Source of the DNA: an uncultured Nitrososphaerota archaeon
GTDB taxonomy: Archaea; Thermoproteota; Methanomethylicia; Nezhaarchaeales; B40-G2
Direction: 5' to 3'
Length of the DNA: 64,000 nt
Assembly (NCBI GenBank): GCA_964626365.1
Contig: CAZVDL010000005.1
Coordinates: forward strand, 3,075-67,074
Shown here: positions 8,196 to 18,278 of the stretch, one piece after another
Layout of the letters: the number at the start of each line of letters is the position of its first letter
Position numbering within the stretch: the first letter of the stretch is position 1
Translations under genes and position numbers: made by a program
The notes under the pieces: generated by a model
What the model saw: the letters and a program-made list of their open reading frames with translations, nothing else
The model's database searches: none
What the model was told of the DNA's origin: nothing

Positions 8196-8660
8196 TTGGC
8201 TAAGCGGCTTCTGCCTCAAGGTACGACACTGAGGGTCTACGTGGCTATGCTGAGGGCAGGTAGGCCTCTCGGCGTTAGGGAGGTGCAGCGCATGTTGGGG
8301 TTTAAGAGCCCCTCAACGGCCCTCTATCACATAAACAAGTTGTTGGACATGGGCTACGTGGTTAAGGCGGAGGAGGGCTACGAGGCCTTGGCGGTTAAGG
8401 GGGAGGCTGGCATATTGGGCCTCTTCAACCGCGTAGGGACCCTCTTAGTGCCTAGGGTGCTGTTCTATGCCCTCTTCTTCACGACCTCGCTCGTGCTCTT
8501 CTTAACGGCCTCCCTCGCCCAGCAGGCAACTTATCAATTCCTTTACACCTACGCCCTAGCTTTAACCTCCACCGCCGCGGCGCTGATGTGGTATGAAGCG
8601 TTTAAGCTATGGAGAGGGCTCGAGTTTGAAGTCAGGCGTCACGCCAGCTCAATACCGTAG
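8196..8660 (+). CDS. Winged-helix transcriptional regulator with a C-terminal membrane domain.
   Basis: An N-terminal wHTH-like segment (RPLGVREVQRMLGFKSPSTALYHINKLLDMGYV) is followed by 2-3 predicted transmembrane helices. Confidence 0.5.
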   Translation: MAKRLLPQGTTLRVYVAMLRAGRPLGVREVQRMLGFKSPSTALYHINKLLDMGYVVKAEEGYEALAVKGEAGILGLFNRVGTLLVPRVLFYALFFTTSLVLFLTASLAQQATYQFLYTYALALTSTAAALMWYEAFKLWRGLEFEVRRHASSIP

Positions 8661-9442
8661 AGGCTCGACGCGTTCGATGAGGTCAACTTTGCTACCTCCT
8701 CAACGCTGACCTCCTTCATTGAGGCCAGCATTTTGACCACCTCCACCACGTCAGCCGGCTCAGCCTCCCTGTTGAACTTGCCCTTGTACTTGACTGGGCT
8801 GTCGGTCTCGACGAGGAGTTTGGTGAGCGGGGTGTGTTTAACCACGTTTATGTGCTCCTCGCTGTAGTCTATGGCGGGCGTGGCCGACACATAATATCCA
8901 CATGAAAGCAGGTCCTTAAGCACGTCGAGGGGGCCGCTAAACCAGTGGAAGAGGGCCTCTACGCCGGCCTCCTTAACCATGTCTAGGCAGTCTCTCCATG
9001 CCCCCCTGCTGTGGACGACCACGGGCTTGCCTGCGTCCTTGGCAGCTCTAAGCTGCCTGGCAAACACCTTACGTTGAAGCTCCCTGCCTGCTCCCTCCTT
9101 TCTAGCTTCAGGTAGCCAGTAGTCGAGTCCGATCTCACCCACGGCGACGGCCTCTTTCGCCTTAGCCTCCACGAACCTGAGGACCTCCTCGACACCCCCG
9201 GGGCTTAGCTCCTTTAAGCTCCATGGATGTAGGCCCACAGCGCCGTAGACCTTTACCCCAAGCCTCTCCACCCTGCGGCCAACCTCGAGCGCAAACACGC
9301 TCGACTCTAGGTCTGAGCCAGCTGTGACCACTGCCACCACGCCTAGGTTAAACGCCTTAGTCAGCTTAGCTTCTAAGTCCTCTAACTCCTCTAGGTGCGC
9401 GTGAGCGTCAACGACTTTGAGCTTCACGGGGGAACGTGACAT
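8639..9442 (-). CDS. tatD: TatD-family metal-dependent hydrolase / DNase.
   Basis: The TatD motifs VDAHAHL, GEIGLDY, VHSR and ETDSP are present. The 267 aa size fits. Confidence 0.85.
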   Translation of the reverse strand: MSRSPVKLKVVDAHAHLEELEDLEAKLTKAFNLGVVAVVTAGSDLESSVFALEVGRRVERLGVKVYGAVGLHPWSLKELSPGGVEEVLRFVEAKAKEAVAVGEIGLDYWLPEARKEGAGRELQRKVFARQLRAAKDAGKPVVVHSRGAWRDCLDMVKEAGVEALFHWFSGPLDVLKDLLSCGYYVSATPAIDYSEEHINVVKHTPLTKLLVETDSPVKYKGKFNREAEPADVVEVVKMLASMKEVSVEEVAKLTSSNASSLYGIELA

Positions 9443-9555
9443 TGGGGAGATATTTTAGCTTATCGCCTAGTTCACATACTTTGAGTTAAATACCCCCCTC
9501 GCAAAGTTTATAACTCGTCGCCGTTAGGCGGCCCTTCGACTTTGAGGGCATATCT

Positions 9556-10836
9556 ATGGCAAAACCCCCTAATCCCATAAAGTCTTTTATGGAATCTAGG
9601 AAGGAGCGTAAGCTCAGGGACGAAGTTGAAGAACTGATATCTAAGCTTAAGGATGAATCCTCAAACTTGAAGGCTTACGCCGTCCTCATCGAGAGGTTAA
9701 AGGAAGCTCTAGGCGAGGAGCTCGATAGACTGGTAGGCCCTCCTCCTTCACTGCCTAAGGAGCTTCTTGAGCCCTCGACCGTGGTCGTAAGCCCTGAGGA
9801 CAAGGAGATCAAGCTCGACTTAGAGGGGCTAGAAAGGGAGGTGCAGGAGGGCTTTAGGCACGTATCAGGAGAGAAGCTTAAAGCCATCATTAACGGGGCG
9901 GTGAACGCTGCTGAAGCGACCGAGGACGAGTGCATTAAGTACTTGGAGACAGCGGTCAATGCCCTCTTAACGGACACCGAGAACCTGCTTAGGCCGTTTA
10001 AGGGGGATGCTAGATTCAACGACTTGCTGGCCACCGTGGAGAAGGCCAAGTCGCTACTGAGCTCCACCTTAAACCTTAAGTCCTTGGACGAAGCCATAGG
10101 CCTCTTGCTCTGCGTTAGAGGTGTGCTCGACAAGCTAAAGCCCGAGGCCTTAATGATGCTTAGATCCACGGCTTCAAGCCTATTAAACGAGAGCAGGGCG
10201 GTCAAGGAGGAGGCTGAGAGGGTAGGAGTGAGGCCTCCTGACACCGAGGAGGCTACCTCGCTAGCTGAGAAGATGGTGGAGGTTACATCTGAGGCTAGCT
10301 GGGAAAGCATATCTTATTATCAGAGGGAGCTTGAAGAGACGCTTAAGCAGTTAAGGGACTTCAAGGACAGCATGTCGAGGCTAGAGGTACTAAGACACAT
10401 AGATGAGGCGGTAGACTACGTGACCTCCAAGCTACCTGAGCTGAGAGGCGAGGTGGTCGAAGCTAAGCGCAAGCTGAAGGACCTAATAGAGGAGGCTAAG
10501 CAGGGCAGAATGTTAAGCAGTAGCGACGTTGACGAGGCGGTGGGCGAGGTAGAGGAGGCATTCATGAAGGCCGGGGCCAATAAGCTGTTGAAGGAGGTTA
10601 AGGAGCTCTACAGGGAGTTAAGGAAGAAGCTAGGGGGGCGATGTGAGGTTGAGGAGCCTCCTCAGGAGCTTAAAGGCAGAGCTCTCATTGAAAGGCTGGA
10701 GGAGATGGCTAAGTGTAAGGAGAAGCTTGAACGCCTAGTTAAATCCATGGTGGGCGGCCCAGCTCGAACATCCTCGGTGGAGGAGTTGAGGGAAGCCTTA
10801 AAGGAGGCTAAGGAAGGTCCTCCTTCAACCTCTTAA
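9556..10836 (+). CDS. Large coiled-coil protein of unknown function (426 aa).
   Basis: E/K/L-rich heptad-like sequence throughout with no catalytic motifs. A TATA-like box (tttataa) lies about 44 nt upstream. Confidence 0.5.
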   Translation: MAKPPNPIKSFMESRKERKLRDEVEELISKLKDESSNLKAYAVLIERLKEALGEELDRLVGPPPSLPKELLEPSTVVVSPEDKEIKLDLEGLEREVQEGFRHVSGEKLKAIINGAVNAAEATEDECIKYLETAVNALLTDTENLLRPFKGDARFNDLLATVEKAKSLLSSTLNLKSLDEAIGLLLCVRGVLDKLKPEALMMLRSTASSLLNESRAVKEEAERVGVRPPDTEEATSLAEKMVEVTSEASWESISYYQRELEETLKQLRDFKDSMSRLEVLRHIDEAVDYVTSKLPELRGEVVEAKRKLKDLIEEAKQGRMLSSSDVDEAVGEVEEAFMKAGANKLLKEVKELYRELRKKLGGRCEVEEPPQELKGRALIERLEEMAKCKEKLERLVKSMVGGPARTSSVEELREALKEAKEGPPSTS

Positions 10837-11470
10837 TCCTACCGTTCTCCACCCTAAACCCACCTCTCTCCTCAAGCCTCCTAGCAACCCTCGCAGCCCA
10901 GTATTCATGTACCTTTAGCCTCCTGCTCAGTTCATCGACGGCGAGCTCATCCAGATCCTCAAGCGCCTCTAAAGCCTTGGGTAGGAGGTGGTCAACTACC
11001 TCCTCCTCGTTCATTAGGGCGTGCTCGACTAACGCTAAGGCCACCCTCCAGTCCACGTTCAACACCTCACACACCGCCTCCACGGTAGGCTTAGCGGGCA
11101 GCCAGCCCCTACTCAACGACCTTTCAACGTACTCGTGTAGTAGCTCGTCGAACTTCTGTTTGCTTGGCAGCCTAGCGTAGGAGTCTAGGTCCAGTTGGAG
11201 GCTGATCTTTCTATCCACTACGCTGTATACCTTAAGCTGCCTACCGCCGACCGTCCTCCACTCCCACTTGACTAGGCCCGCGCTCATCAACGCTGATAGG
11301 TGTTCCATCACGGTGGGTATGCTTAAGTTTAATCTCTTAGCCAGCTCGCTAGCGGATAACCCTTCTTCATCAAGTAGATGCCTGACTATGTTAACCCTAG
11401 TTGGGCTGGCTAAGGCTTCGATTACTAGCTTAGCTTCTAATGGGCGGCTCCAGGGAACCACCTTCACCAA
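10808..11470 (-). CDS. ArsR-family winged-helix transcriptional regulator with a C-terminal extension.
   Basis: SPTRVNIVRHLLDEEGLSASELAKRLNLSIPTVMEHLSALMSAGLV is the ArsR/SmtB HTH signature. Confidence 0.7.
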   Translation of the reverse strand: MVKVVPWSRPLEAKLVIEALASPTRVNIVRHLLDEEGLSASELAKRLNLSIPTVMEHLSALMSAGLVKWEWRTVGGRQLKVYSVVDRKISLQLDLDSYARLPSKQKFDELLHEYVERSLSRGWLPAKPTVEAVCEVLNVDWRVALALVEHALMNEEEVVDHLLPKALEALEDLDELAVDELSRRLKVHEYWAARVARRLEERGGFRVENGRIKRLKEDLP

Positions 11471-11477
11471 ACCACTT

Positions 11478-12254
11478 TCACCGATCCACTTTAAGGTCTA
11501 CTGAGGCTGCTGAAGCCTGGACGTCTATGACTAGCCCCTCCCTGAAGCCGGGGTCCGCGATTACACGCTCCTCGAAACCGCTCACTGAGGTCTTAGCCAG
11601 CTCCTTTACGTTCACGTCTACCTCGGCGGCGTCGGCCGAGGCCTTAATGTAGACCTTTGACTCCTTGGGTACCTTAATCCTTAGCTCAACTCCCCCCGCG
11701 CTAACGTCTATGTTTAATGAGGACGTAGCGTTGCTGTACTCTAGGGTTCCTTCAAGGCTCCCTGCGCTAACCCTAAAGGAGAAGACGGTCCTGTTAAGTC
11801 CTCCTAGCTCCACGGTGCCTGAGCCCGCGCTCACTTTTACCTCGATCTCCCTTAGGATGGAGGGGTTGAGGTACACCACCACCGACCCAGCTTTAACCTC
11901 CACCTCTAAGCGCCCCCCTTCCTCCACCACCGAGTAGTCCGTGGAGCTCCAGGGCATGAGGGCTCCGTAGACCTCGACCCTATACGCTAGGCTCTCCTCC
12001 GCTTCCTCAACCCTTAGGTTACCAGCGCTCAGCTCAGCCCTAACCCTTAGTTCTTGGACCTCGGTCATATTCTTCTCGTAGCTGGCTAACAGCTTACCCT
12101 TACCCCATGCCACGGTCCAGGCCCCTTCAACCTTTAAGCTGGGGTAGAAGCCTATGGCTGGGGACACTAAGGCTATGAGAAGCGAGGACCCTAAAATGGC
12201 CGCGACTAAGAGACCCGCAACCTCCTCAGCCCTCATGTCCACCACGCCTCCCAT
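11478..12254 (-). CDS. DUF4097-like (LiaG-type putative adhesin) beta-repeat protein with an N-terminal membrane anchor. The start is probably ATG 12254.
   Basis: An N-terminal TM helix is followed by repeated short beta-strand modules (VSAGS.., DVSAGG.., VKASADAAEVDV), typical of DUF4097 repeats. Confidence 0.5.
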   Translation of the reverse strand: MGGVVDMRAEEVAGLLVAAILGSSLLIALVSPAIGFYPSLKVEGAWTVAWGKGKLLASYEKNMTEVQELRVRAELSAGNLRVEEAEESLAYRVEVYGALMPWSSTDYSVVEEGGRLEVEVKAGSVVVYLNPSILREIEVKVSAGSGTVELGGLNRTVFSFRVSAGSLEGTLEYSNATSSLNIDVSAGGVELRIKVPKESKVYIKASADAAEVDVNVKELAKTSVSGFEERVIADPGFREGLVIDVQASAASVDLKVDR

Positions 12255-12877
12255 GACGTCGCTAAGAAAAAGATGGCTGAACCCACCACGGCCAGTATCA
12301 GCCAAGGGAAGAACGATGAGGCGAGGCCCTTGCCCAGTGATATCCCATGCGCCTCAGACATCCCTATGCCGACCACGACGCCCTTCCACACCCAAGCCAC
12401 GAAGGCTCCAAGCAGCGCTATTAGTGCTAGCCTAGGGGACGCCACCGCCACTAGCAGCGATGCCAGGGAGGCGGAGTCAGTCACCCAAGCATACCCCACC
12501 GCGTTCAGGCTATGCGCGTACTCTCCTCCTCCATTGAAGGACTTGGCAAGGGCGTGAGCGAAAAGGCTCCACATGAACCATAGGAAGAGCTCAAAAAGCA
12601 CCCCAATGGCCATGGCTCCATAGACCAACAGGCTCGTAAGCCACGGCGCAGCCCAGTCCGTCACTGCTTCTAACGGAGTTACACCGAAGCTTCCAATGGC
12701 CGAGGCCGCTAAGCCGGCTACGAGGAGGCCACGTAGCCCCCACTTAGAGGCCGAGAAGAGGATCACATATGCTAGGGGTTCTAAAGGCCCTCGCCTCTCG
12801 TGTATCGCTATGCTTAAGTACACCCTAGGAGAAGTTATGAAGCCGCCAACTCTAACGAGAGCTCCCGGAATCTTCAT
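12233..12877 (-). CDS. Yip1-domain polytopic membrane protein.
   Basis: Five or so predicted TM helices and the Yip1-like topology. It is co-directional and tightly packed with the DUF4097 and ArsR genes. Confidence 0.5.
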   Translation of the reverse strand: MKIPGALVRVGGFITSPRVYLSIAIHERRGPLEPLAYVILFSASKWGLRGLLVAGLAASAIGSFGVTPLEAVTDWAAPWLTSLLVYGAMAIGVLFELFLWFMWSLFAHALAKSFNGGGEYAHSLNAVGYAWVTDSASLASLLVAVASPRLALIALLGAFVAWVWKGVVVGIGMSEAHGISLGKGLASSFFPWLILAVVGSAIFFLATSWEAWWT

Positions 12878-12997
12878 CTCCGCTAGCTGCCAGTGGAGAA
12901 GCCTATAAAAAACTTAGGTTTACATTAATGTTCAGCCTAACCTGACATGTAGGGGGAGGCTTTATATCGGCTCCGCACGGCATATTCGGGGGCGCGC

Positions 12998-13981
12998 ATG
13001 AGTTTATGGAAGCTTAGGCTATCCATGCTAGGTACCTTAGCGGCCCTCATAGGTCTAAGCACGCTGTTCTTCGCCTTGATCCTAAACTGGCTCGGCGTAG
13101 CTGACCTTACCAGTGCTCCAGGGCTCTTGACCCTCATAGTGTTGGTAGTCTTCTTTAACCTAATGCAGTGGCTCCTAGCCCCTTACATGATAGACTCGAT
13201 GTATAGAGTGAGGGAGGCCGATAGGACGAGGTACGCTAGGCTCTACGACATGGTTGAGAGGTTATGTAACAGAATGAGGGTGAAGACGCCTAAGTTGATG
13301 ATAGCCGACCTCCCCATACCCAATGCCTTCGCCTACGGCTCACCCTTAACAGGTAGCCGTGTAGCGGTCACCACGGGGCTACTAAGAGAGCTTGAAGAGG
13401 AGGAGGTAGAGGCGGTCATAGGCCATGAGCTTGGACATCTTAAACACAGGGACGTGCAGGTAATGATGTTCGCCTCCGTGCTACCAGCGATCTTCTACCT
13501 ACTTGGATACAGCCTTCTATGGTCATCTTGGCTTGGAGGACGCGATGAGAGGGGAGGCGCTGGGGCCTTAGCGCTAGTGGGCTTAGCGAGCATAGCGATC
13601 TACTGGGTGCTATCGCTCTTCGTGTTACACCTTAGCAGGCTGCGCGAGTACTACGCTGATCGTGAGAGCGCGGTCAACGTCGACGACGGGGCGCGTAAGC
13701 TATCAGAGGCGCTAGCCAAGATAGTACACTCCACCAGCAGGGCCCATTTAGCCCGCAACGCCCAGGGCTTTAGCGCCTTCAAGGCGCTATTTATAGAGGA
13801 CCCCGACAGGGCGCCGTCAAGCATGCTCGCTATATCTAGCGTGAGGAGGCTCGGCGATCAAGCGCTGGTTAAGAGCATACTAAGCAGGAGGATCACGTGG
13901 GCTGACCGTATAGCTGAGCTGTTCTCCACGCACCCCAACATAGTTAAGAGGCTTAGGGCACTCCAAGAGCTAGCAGCCTAG
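12998..13981 (+). CDS. htpX: HtpX-type M48 zinc metalloprotease.
   Basis: An HELGH zinc-binding motif, N-terminal TM helices and the M48 architecture. Confidence 0.85.
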   Translation: MSLWKLRLSMLGTLAALIGLSTLFFALILNWLGVADLTSAPGLLTLIVLVVFFNLMQWLLAPYMIDSMYRVREADRTRYARLYDMVERLCNRMRVKTPKLMIADLPIPNAFAYGSPLTGSRVAVTTGLLRELEEEEVEAVIGHELGHLKHRDVQVMMFASVLPAIFYLLGYSLLWSSWLGGRDERGGAGALALVGLASIAIYWVLSLFVLHLSRLREYYADRESAVNVDDGARKLSEALAKIVHSTSRAHLARNAQGFSAFKALFIEDPDRAPSSMLAISSVRRLGDQALVKSILSRRITWADRIAELFSTHPNIVKRLRALQELAA

Positions 13982-15138
13982 CTCTCTTCAAACAGTTTTC
14001 TCCCCTCCCCCACTACCATGACTGGGTAGGCCTCTAGCTCGAAGGGGTCTCCTTTCCACACTATGAAGGAGGCCCACTTACCAGGCTCCAAGGTGCCTAA
14101 GAGATCGTCCACGCCCACGATCTTGGCGTTCCTGTAGGTTATCAGCGATATACAGTCCTCTCTGCTCATGCCGTAGCGCCTAAAGAACCTTAGCTGCAAG
14201 TATAGGTTTCGCTGTAAGACCACTGGGTGGTCGCTCATTAAGCCGAAGAACGGCGAGGCCTCTATCAATAGCTTGACGTTCCTGTAGCTCTCGTTTTTAA
14301 GCTCGGTCTTATATGGGAAGGCGTCAACAGGCCCATAAACCAAGGGGACCTTCTCGTCCCTAAGCCTCTCAAAGGTGTGCTTAGAGGCTACGTCGCATAG
14401 GTGCTCAGCCACGGCCTTAAGCCCGTACGCCCTCTTGAGCTTTATGAGGGCGGCCACGTCGTCTGATCGATGCACGTGCACCCTTAAGGGCTCTTCCCCC
14501 CTCAACACAGGGAACATCATCCTGAGCTCTGGGTCCACCTCGTCAAGGTCCTTCTTCCCCGACTCGATAAGCCTCATTGAAGACTTAGCCCTCTCTAGCC
14601 ACCTCTGCAGGATAGCCATGGCCCCCATCCTAGTGTGGGGTCTCGTGCCCTCCCAGTCCTCAGTGCTCCTAGGGTTGTAGCCGAGCGCGGCCTTAACGCC
14701 GGCGTAACGTATGAAGGCGTCCTCGATGTCCCTTCCATAGTTCCTGATGACGGCGCCCCTACCACCCACTATGTTACCGCTCCCCGGCAATATGCACGAG
14801 TAGAGCACGCCGAACTCTATGGACTCTTGGAAGGCCTTATCGTCCATGTACACCGAGTACAGCGCGTCCACCATGGGTAACACGGACTCGTAATGCTCGT
14901 TAACCTCAGCCTCCCTGCTCGGCTCACCGGCCCTCTCCATCCCTACGTGGCAGTGTGCGTCTATGAAGGCAGGGGTTACCACATGTCCCGAGTAGTCGAG
15001 TAGCTCTGCCTCCTTGGGCCTCTCAGGGCCCACGTAGCTTATCCTTCCCTCCTCGTAGGCTATGAAGGAATCCCTAAGCACCTCGCCAGGCCTGCCCGTG
15101 TATATTAAGCTGGCCTTAAGGCATATCATGTAGCCCAC
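13978..15138 (-). CDS. Amidohydrolase-superfamily metal-dependent hydrolase.
   Basis: An FIDAHCHVG metal-binding motif and the ~390 aa TIM-barrel amidohydrolase layout. Confidence 0.75.
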   Translation of the reverse strand: MGYMICLKASLIYTGRPGEVLRDSFIAYEEGRISYVGPERPKEAELLDYSGHVVTPAFIDAHCHVGMERAGEPSREAEVNEHYESVLPMVDALYSVYMDDKAFQESIEFGVLYSCILPGSGNIVGGRGAVIRNYGRDIEDAFIRYAGVKAALGYNPRSTEDWEGTRPHTRMGAMAILQRWLERAKSSMRLIESGKKDLDEVDPELRMMFPVLRGEEPLRVHVHRSDDVAALIKLKRAYGLKAVAEHLCDVASKHTFERLRDEKVPLVYGPVDAFPYKTELKNESYRNVKLLIEASPFFGLMSDHPVVLQRNLYLQLRFFRRYGMSREDCISLITYRNAKIVGVDDLLGTLEPGKWASFIVWKGDPFELEAYPVMVVGEGRKLFEES

Positions 15139-15244
15139 CGCCTAACGATACGCTAACCCCTAATTCTCGCTTTCCCTTAACGCTGAGTCGGCGGCGCGTT
15201 AACCTGAAATAACCCCCTCTATGAAGGGGGCATGGTGCTGCTCA

Positions 15245-16411
15245 ATGACTGAGCGTAGGGTGGAGGAGCTTAGGAGGAGTATGGCTGAGGCCGGTGTGGA
15301 CGTCGCCGTCATAACCCACATCATTGACGTCTACTACTTCTCGGGCACGGGCAACCGCTCAACGCTCATAGTCCCCCTTGAAGGAGAGCCTAAACTGCTG
15401 GTCCAGGTGGGCTACGAGAGGGCTAAGGAGGACTCCTGGATAAGCGACGTTAGGAGAGCTGGAGGCACCTCTGACATAAAGCGCGTGTTGGATGAGCTTG
15501 GCCTTAGTAGGGGCGTCGTGGGCCTAAACATGGACACCATCTCAGCTGGCTTCTACCTTAAGCTTTCATCCATCCTCAAGGAGGCTAAGCTCGTGAACGT
15601 GTCGCCCCTCGTACTCGACGTTAGGTCGGTGAAGGATAAGAACGAGGTCGAGTTGATAGAGAAGGCGGCCGAGATTTCCAGGATTGGCCATAAGAGGGTG
15701 GAGGAGGTCCTAGAGCCGGGGATCACTGAATTAGAGCTGGCTGTAGAGGTGGAGTGTACGCTTCGCCGAGCTGGCCACGACGGCTTTATTAGACACCGTA
15801 CATGGCGCTTTAACGCCTACGGTGTCATAGGGCCTTCAGGCCCCAACCTCGGAGTCATCACGGGCCCCGGGGCTATAACCATCACGGGGCCGGGTACTTG
15901 TCCAGCTCTACCTTACGGGGCCTCTAATAGGAGGATCGAGAAGGGGGACATGGTGCTAGTGGACTTCGTGGTCAGCTACATGGGCTACCACCACGACGAG
16001 GCCAGGATGTACGCGGTGGGCGACGTAGATAGCCGGAAGGTTAAGTCCTTTAAGCTGGTCAAGGAAGCTGAGGAGCAGGCCCTCGAAGCCATTAAACCGG
16101 GTAGGCCGGTGAGCGACCTTTACTGGGCGGCTCGCTCAGTCTTCGAACGCGAAGGCCTTCTCGACTACTTCGCGGCCTACTCAGAGTATCCGCAGTACAC
16201 CTACCTAGGCCACGGCATAGGGCTGGAGGTTGTCGAGGAGCCCAGCATAACCCCCGGCAACGATAAGCTGTTAAGGCCTGGCATGACTATCTGCATAGAG
16301 CCCAAGCTGATAGCCCCTGATTGGGGGGCCAGCTTTGAGGACACCGTGCTGGTGGAGGAGGATGGCCCGCGCATACTGAGTAAGACGCCCAGGGAGTTAA
16401 TCTACGTCTAG
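15245..16411 (+). CDS. M24-family Xaa-Pro aminopeptidase / prolidase.
   Basis: A creatinase/prolidase N-domain is followed by the pita-bread catalytic domain, with conserved D...D...H...E...E positions (VDFVVSYMGYHHDEARMY, GHGIGLEVVEEP). The earlier ATG at 15221 is also possible. Confidence 0.8.
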   Translation: MTERRVEELRRSMAEAGVDVAVITHIIDVYYFSGTGNRSTLIVPLEGEPKLLVQVGYERAKEDSWISDVRRAGGTSDIKRVLDELGLSRGVVGLNMDTISAGFYLKLSSILKEAKLVNVSPLVLDVRSVKDKNEVELIEKAAEISRIGHKRVEEVLEPGITELELAVEVECTLRRAGHDGFIRHRTWRFNAYGVIGPSGPNLGVITGPGAITITGPGTCPALPYGASNRRIEKGDMVLVDFVVSYMGYHHDEARMYAVGDVDSRKVKSFKLVKEAEEQALEAIKPGRPVSDLYWAARSVFEREGLLDYFAAYSEYPQYTYLGHGIGLEVVEEPSITPGNDKLLRPGMTICIEPKLIAPDWGASFEDTVLVEEDGPRILSKTPRELIYV

Positions 16412-16491
16412 GCCGTTTTTAATGGCGGCTCCATCAAGCCCGGCGGGCCTGTTTTAACCCCCTCCTCGTTAAGGGTGAACGGTGGCTGAGT

Positions 16492-17610
16492 TTGTTGAGT
16501 GAGAGCCTCACGTTACTGAGGGACACCGCTAGGCAGTTCGCTGAGAAAGAAGTGGAGCCGCTAGCGAGCGAAATTGATAGAACGGCTAGGATACCCGACG
16601 AGCTGCGCCGCCGCTTAGCTGAGCTAGGCTTCTACGCGGTTCCCTTCCCGCAGAAGTATGGAGGAGCAGGAGCCGGCTACTTCGCCTTAATGTTGGTGCT
16701 GGAGGAGATAGCTAAGGCTTCTATGGCGGTGAGTCTAAACATAGGGGTCCAGTTCCTAGTTTCCAACGCCATCTATCAATATGGCAGCGAGGACCAGAAG
16801 GCCAAGTACCTGCCTAAGATGCTGCGCGGCGAGCTACTAGGCTGCTTCGCCTTCACGGAGGCGTCTACTGGCAGCGACCCTGAAATGATCGAGACGGTCG
16901 CCAAGAAAGTCGAGGGGGGCTTTAGGCTTAGGGGCTCCAAGCAGCTAATATGTAATGCTCCCATAGCAGATCTAGCCATAGTGTTCGCCAAGGACCCCGA
17001 GGCTGGAGGCTTAACGGCTTTCATAGTGGAGGCTGACCGCCCTGGCTTTGAAAGGCTGGGCGAGGAGAGCTTCATGGGCCTTAGGGGGATGAGAATCGGG
17101 AGCTTCGCGTTAAACGACGTCGAGGTCCCAGAGGAGAACGTGCTGGGCAGGCGGGGAGAGGGGTTCAGGATGCTTAGGAGGCTCATAGCTCACAGCAAGG
17201 TGGCCCTATCAGCCCAGGCTGTAGGCGTAGCCCAGGCAGCCCTGGATGAGGCCGTAAAGTACGCTAAAACTAGGGTTCAGAGAGGTAAGCCCATAGCTGA
17301 GTTTCAGACAATACAATGGCTCTTGGCCGAGATGGCCACCTTGATCGAGGCCGCTAGGTCTCTGGTCTACAGGTCAGCCCAATTAATGGATGAGGGAAGG
17401 GAGGTCGTAAAGGAGGCCGCCATGTGTAAGCTACTAGCCTCCGAGGTAGCTGAGCGCGTAACGAGCATGGCTATACAGGTGCATGGCAGCTACGGCTACT
17501 CTAAGGAGTTTAAGGTGGAGAGGCTGTATCGCGACGCTAAGTCTATAGGGGTGACCGAGGGCTCCTCGGAGATACAGAGAGTAATCATAGCCTCCACCCT
17601 GTTAAGGTAA
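16492..17610 (+). CDS. Acyl-CoA dehydrogenase.
   Basis: ACAD signatures (CFAFTEASTGSDP, QVHGSYGYSKEF) and a 372 aa size. The start is TTG. Confidence 0.9.
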   Translation: MLSESLTLLRDTARQFAEKEVEPLASEIDRTARIPDELRRRLAELGFYAVPFPQKYGGAGAGYFALMLVLEEIAKASMAVSLNIGVQFLVSNAIYQYGSEDQKAKYLPKMLRGELLGCFAFTEASTGSDPEMIETVAKKVEGGFRLRGSKQLICNAPIADLAIVFAKDPEAGGLTAFIVEADRPGFERLGEESFMGLRGMRIGSFALNDVEVPEENVLGRRGEGFRMLRRLIAHSKVALSAQAVGVAQAALDEAVKYAKTRVQRGKPIAEFQTIQWLLAEMATLIEAARSLVYRSAQLMDEGREVVKEAAMCKLLASEVAERVTSMAIQVHGSYGYSKEFKVERLYRDAKSIGVTEGSSEIQRVIIASTLLR

Positions 17611-17621
17611 GGTTGAAGCTT

Positions 17622-18266
17622 CTAAACCTCAACGAAGTACACTTCGACTCCTTCCTTGCCCAGCACTAGAAGGGCCACGGTGGGCTTAACTAAGAAAGGC
17701 GGCATAGGGTCCACGGGGCTACCAGGGTTCACTAGCAGCACGTCTCCATACTCCTTAAGCAGCGGCTTATGAGTATGCCCGAAGACCAGGACATCAAGGT
17801 CGAGGCCCTCAATGAGCCTCTCAACCTTAGGGTGATTCCAGAGCGGAGGGATGCCTAATACGTGCGTGACGCCGACTCTATAGCCATCAACCTTCACGAC
17901 CTCGACTGTGGACAGCGTACGTCGAAGCTCCGGTGGGTCAGCGTTCCCCCAAACCACAATTACAGGGGCCACTCTGCTGAGCTCGTAGATGATGGAGGGG
18001 TCGACGACGTCTCCAGCGTGTATGATTAAGCTCACGTTAGCCTCCCTAAACACCTCAACCGCTCTCCTAGGTAGTACGCCTCTCACGTAGGGTAGGTGGA
18101 CGTGGGTATCGGCAATTAGGCCCACGACCACTCCCTCGCTTAGCTTAGGCACTTCACGGCATGTAGCCGGTAAGTCCCACTGAGAGTAGGCTGTTAAGAC
18201 GAGCGTTGATAGTATCAAGGCAGCGGTTAGAGCCAGTAGCCAAGCCTTAACTCTGCGAGGCGTCAA
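17622..18266 (-). CDS. Calcineurin-like metallophosphoesterase (MJ0936/YfcE-like) with an N-terminal signal or anchor.
   Basis: Metallophosphoesterase motifs GLIADTHVH, GD, GNAD and GHTH. Confidence 0.75.
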   Translation of the reverse strand: MTPRRVKAWLLALTAALILSTLVLTAYSQWDLPATCREVPKLSEGVVVGLIADTHVHLPYVRGVLPRRAVEVFREANVSLIIHAGDVVDPSIIYELSRVAPVIVVWGNADPPELRRTLSTVEVVKVDGYRVGVTHVLGIPPLWNHPKVERLIEGLDLDVLVFGHTHKPLLKEYGDVLLVNPGSPVDPMPPFLVKPTVALLVLGKEGVEVYFVEV

Positions 18267-18278
18267 GGTGTTCTCAGC

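Noticed and set aside
9675-10310. Antisense shadow ORFs within well-supported genes (for example 9675-10310, 44197-44814, 47622-48308, 16776-17186).
   Set aside because: They are Ser/Leu/Pro-rich translations typical of the reverse frame of GC-rich coding DNA. Each lies fully inside a gene with clear domain signatures on the other strand.
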